Source: Sphyrna mokarran (Eukaryota). From it: 64,000 nucleotides of DNA. Positions 61,401-64,000 of this stretch are shown here, piece by piece. A program made the translations under genes and the position numbers. The DNA lies in assembly GCA_024679065.1 (NCBI GenBank), contig JAGIQG010000014.1, forward strand, positions 21,576,001-21,640,000, given 5' to 3'. How positions within the stretch are numbered: position 1 is the stretch's first letter; the number at the start of each line of letters is the position of its first letter. The notes beneath the pieces were generated by a model. It was not told the DNA's origin, did no database searches, and saw nothing but the letters and a program-made list of their open reading frames with translations.

Positions 61401-62459
61401 CTTTAAAGGTTCAATAGTAAAACCCACCTCAAACTAGTTCAAGGAAGTTCTCAGTTATGTTATGGCAAGGACAGAGGCCCCAAAAATTTGAGAAAGATTT
61501 TCAGAATAAAGTTATGGCTAAAATAGTGAACTTTATTAGTGAACAGAATTAACAGATGGACAAATGAACAGACATTTGGAGATCCTCTCCAGTTCTAGGT
61601 ACGGCCCTGTGTTGCCTATTCTTTTTGACAATGTTTATCTTTCTTGATCTCTTGCACAAACAGTCAGGATCTTGGGATGTGCAGATCCTGGCAGCAGTGG
61701 GGGAAGGGAGTGCAAGTGAAGAGCATCAAATTCTCTCACACACAAAGTGACATTGTCAGCTGCATCTCGCAATTATGTAGGGGGAGGCAGAGGATTAGGA
61801 GCAGGAGAAATTGGTTCTCGTCTTCTGCACTATCCACTGTCCTCGTAACTCTTGTCTGACATTCCAGCAGGAGAAATTATTCAAGAAATACAACTCAGCT
61901 CTGGACAGGGCAAATTGAACAGAAAGCAGACGGCTTGGAACATTTAGCAAATCTGATACTCAAACTCAACATCTAGTAATTGGGACTTGGTCTCAGAACC
62001 ACTAAGCTGTTATTACGTGTGGTCCAGGAATGATGAATAGGGCTATGCCAGCATTCAATGAGATCATGGCCAATCTATAAACCAATTCCATCCAACCATG
62101 TTTGTTGTCTATTTCTAATGACCTATCGTCAAAAAAAACTATCAATTTCAATTTTAAAATTTACAATTGACAGCATTAATTGTCTTTCACAAAATAAGTC
62201 AATACTCCTCCATGTTTAACACTACTTGAAGGAAGGATTGAGGGCGCAGAATGCATTCTAGGTCGGGGACTTCAATGTCCATTGCCAACAGTGGCTTGTT
62301 AGCACTGCTACTGACCAAACTAGCTGAAGTCTGCTGTTGCTTAAACTGAGGTCTGGGTCAGGTGGCGAGAGGATCAATAGTAAAGGAGGATAGCTCACCA
62401 GAATTGTTGAGGAAATTAATAATGGATTGGGGACAGGATCTGAATAAAATTAATGCAAG

Positions 62460-63135
62460 CAAAACATTGATAATAAGATGTTAATTGAACTAAAGAGTGA
62501 CAAATCACCAGGAGCTGACCGTTTCCATCTGAGGGTGTTAAAAGAAATTGGGGAGCACATTGTTGATGCCTTAACTGTAATCTTTCAGAGTTCCCTAGAT
62601 TCAGGAGTTGTCCCTCTGCATCGTAAAATTCTCAAGTCACTTTGCTTTTTACAAAGGTGAAAAAGGAAAACCAGGTAATTACAGAACCTAACATCTGTGG
62701 TGGGGAAATTATTAGAGTCTATAGTCAAGATTAGGTAACTGAATATCTAAAAAAATGTTCAGTTAATCAGAGGGTCATGCCTGACAAAACTCATTGAAAT
62801 TTCGGGAGAGGTTACTAAGGTAGTTGACAGGGGAATGTCTATGGAAGTTGCTCATATGGACTTCCAGAAGGTATCTGATGATGTGCCACATAAAAAGCTG
62901 TTAACTAAGGTAGAAACCCATAGAACTGACAGCAAATTGCTGACAGGGCTGGGAAATTGGTTGAGTGGCAGGCGACAGAAAGTAGAGACAATGTGTACAT
63001 ACTCAAATTTGCAGGATGTGACTAGTGGTGTCCCAGAAAGTTTTGTGTTATAGCCTCACTTAATCACATCATTTATTAATGGCATAGAAAGTCAGGTGTC
63101 CAAATCTGCTGATAACATACATCAGGTGGCATTGT
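62460..63135 (+). mobile_element. Degenerate CR1 RT fragment
   Basis: LKSDKSPGADRFHLRVLKE, MDFQKVSDDVPHKKLL and VTSGVPE motifs. Confidence 0.85.
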
Positions 63136-64000
63136 AGACATGCACAGACTCCAGTGTCCATCTACAAAATGTACTGCACCAACTCACCAAGGCTCTTTCA
63201 ATAACGCCTTTCAAACTCACCATCTCTATCATCAAGACAGACAAGGACAGCAGATGCATGAGAACACAACCTCCTGCAACCTCCCTTCCAAGGAAACAGC
63301 CATCCTGATATGCAAATTTATCAGCGTTCCTTCATTTTTGCTGGGTAATATTCCTGAAATTCCAAACCTAACAGCACTGCAGGTGCACATCACCATCTTC
63401 TGAAATGCAATAAGAGATGGGCAATTGGAGGATGGAAGTCATGTGGTGACACTACCCAGTGGAAATCCAATCCCAGTTGGCAATCCTACAACCTGGCATC
63501 ATGTGATATTCCTGTATTTGGGTACTCCGCTCTTCCAGGAACTTTCTACAGGTGCCAAAGGTGGGAAAGCATGCACAATGGATCCTGTCCTTGCCCAAAT
63601 CCAATTCTCCAACACCCAGAAATTGATCCTGCCATCTCCTTCTGCCTCTACTAAAGATGTCAGGTGGAATTTTACAAGACTTTAAGTGTCCAACCAGCAC
63701 AAAAATGGCAGAGTTGCTGATCTGTTTTTTGGGCAAGTTTTTATGCCCAATTTTACACACTCAGTTTTTGAAAATATGGGCTGGACTGTTTCTAGCCGCT
63801 AGAGGCAGTGGGCGGAGTCTAATTCGCCAGACACCCGGCAGCTTCAATCGGAGCCACAAATTGTACGCGCAGGAAAAGCGAGGAAATAGTTCTGCTGACA
63901 GAACTCTCCCAGGCCAAATACAGCCACCTCCTCCCCTCACACAGACATCAGAGATCTTCCCCAACATAATTAACCCCATTACTCTCACCACACCCTAAGC

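Noticed and set aside
36126-64000. Search for the next upstream DPYSL exon (EYNIFEG...KRIKAR-like)
   Set aside because: No matching reading was found by eye on the minus strand. It probably lies beyond the window, though a missed exon cannot be excluded without TBLASTN.
1-64000. CRISPR arrays, rRNA, true tRNA genes and prokaryotic systems
   Set aside because: The DNA is vertebrate. No repeat-spacer array was seen, and tRNA-like segments are SINE heads.

Overview
Repeat-rich vertebrate DNA, inferred to be from a shark because it carries V-SINE/HE1-type SINEs, DeuSINE-like SINEs, CR1 LINEs and Penelope-like elements. Two host genes face each other. On + is an intact UDP-glucuronosyltransferase of the UGT5 type with a single coding exon (10698-12311). 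On - are the last two coding exons of a CRMP/DPYSL gene, most like DPYSL3 (35966-36125, 30152-30240), with a probable ~3.2-kb 3'UTR and an upstream intron that appears to run past the window end. The rest is mostly transposon-derived: a young CR1 whose near-complete ORF2 has one frameshift, CR1/Rex1/Tx1/Penelope relics, SINEs, solo LTR-like pieces, MITEs and a long foldback. The most unusual signals are three. (1) Tiny, target-site-duplication (TSD)-bounded hairpin insertions built only from Penelope pseudo-LTRs carry minimal type-I hammerhead ribozyme motifs with covarying stem II; two motifs at ~52.7-53.0 kb have intact cores. (2) A ~210-bp poly(A)-tailed element has a U2-snRNA-like head. 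(3) A UGT5-type gene occurs in an apparent chondrichthyan. All family assignments were made by eye, with no database search, and most repeat boundaries are approximate.
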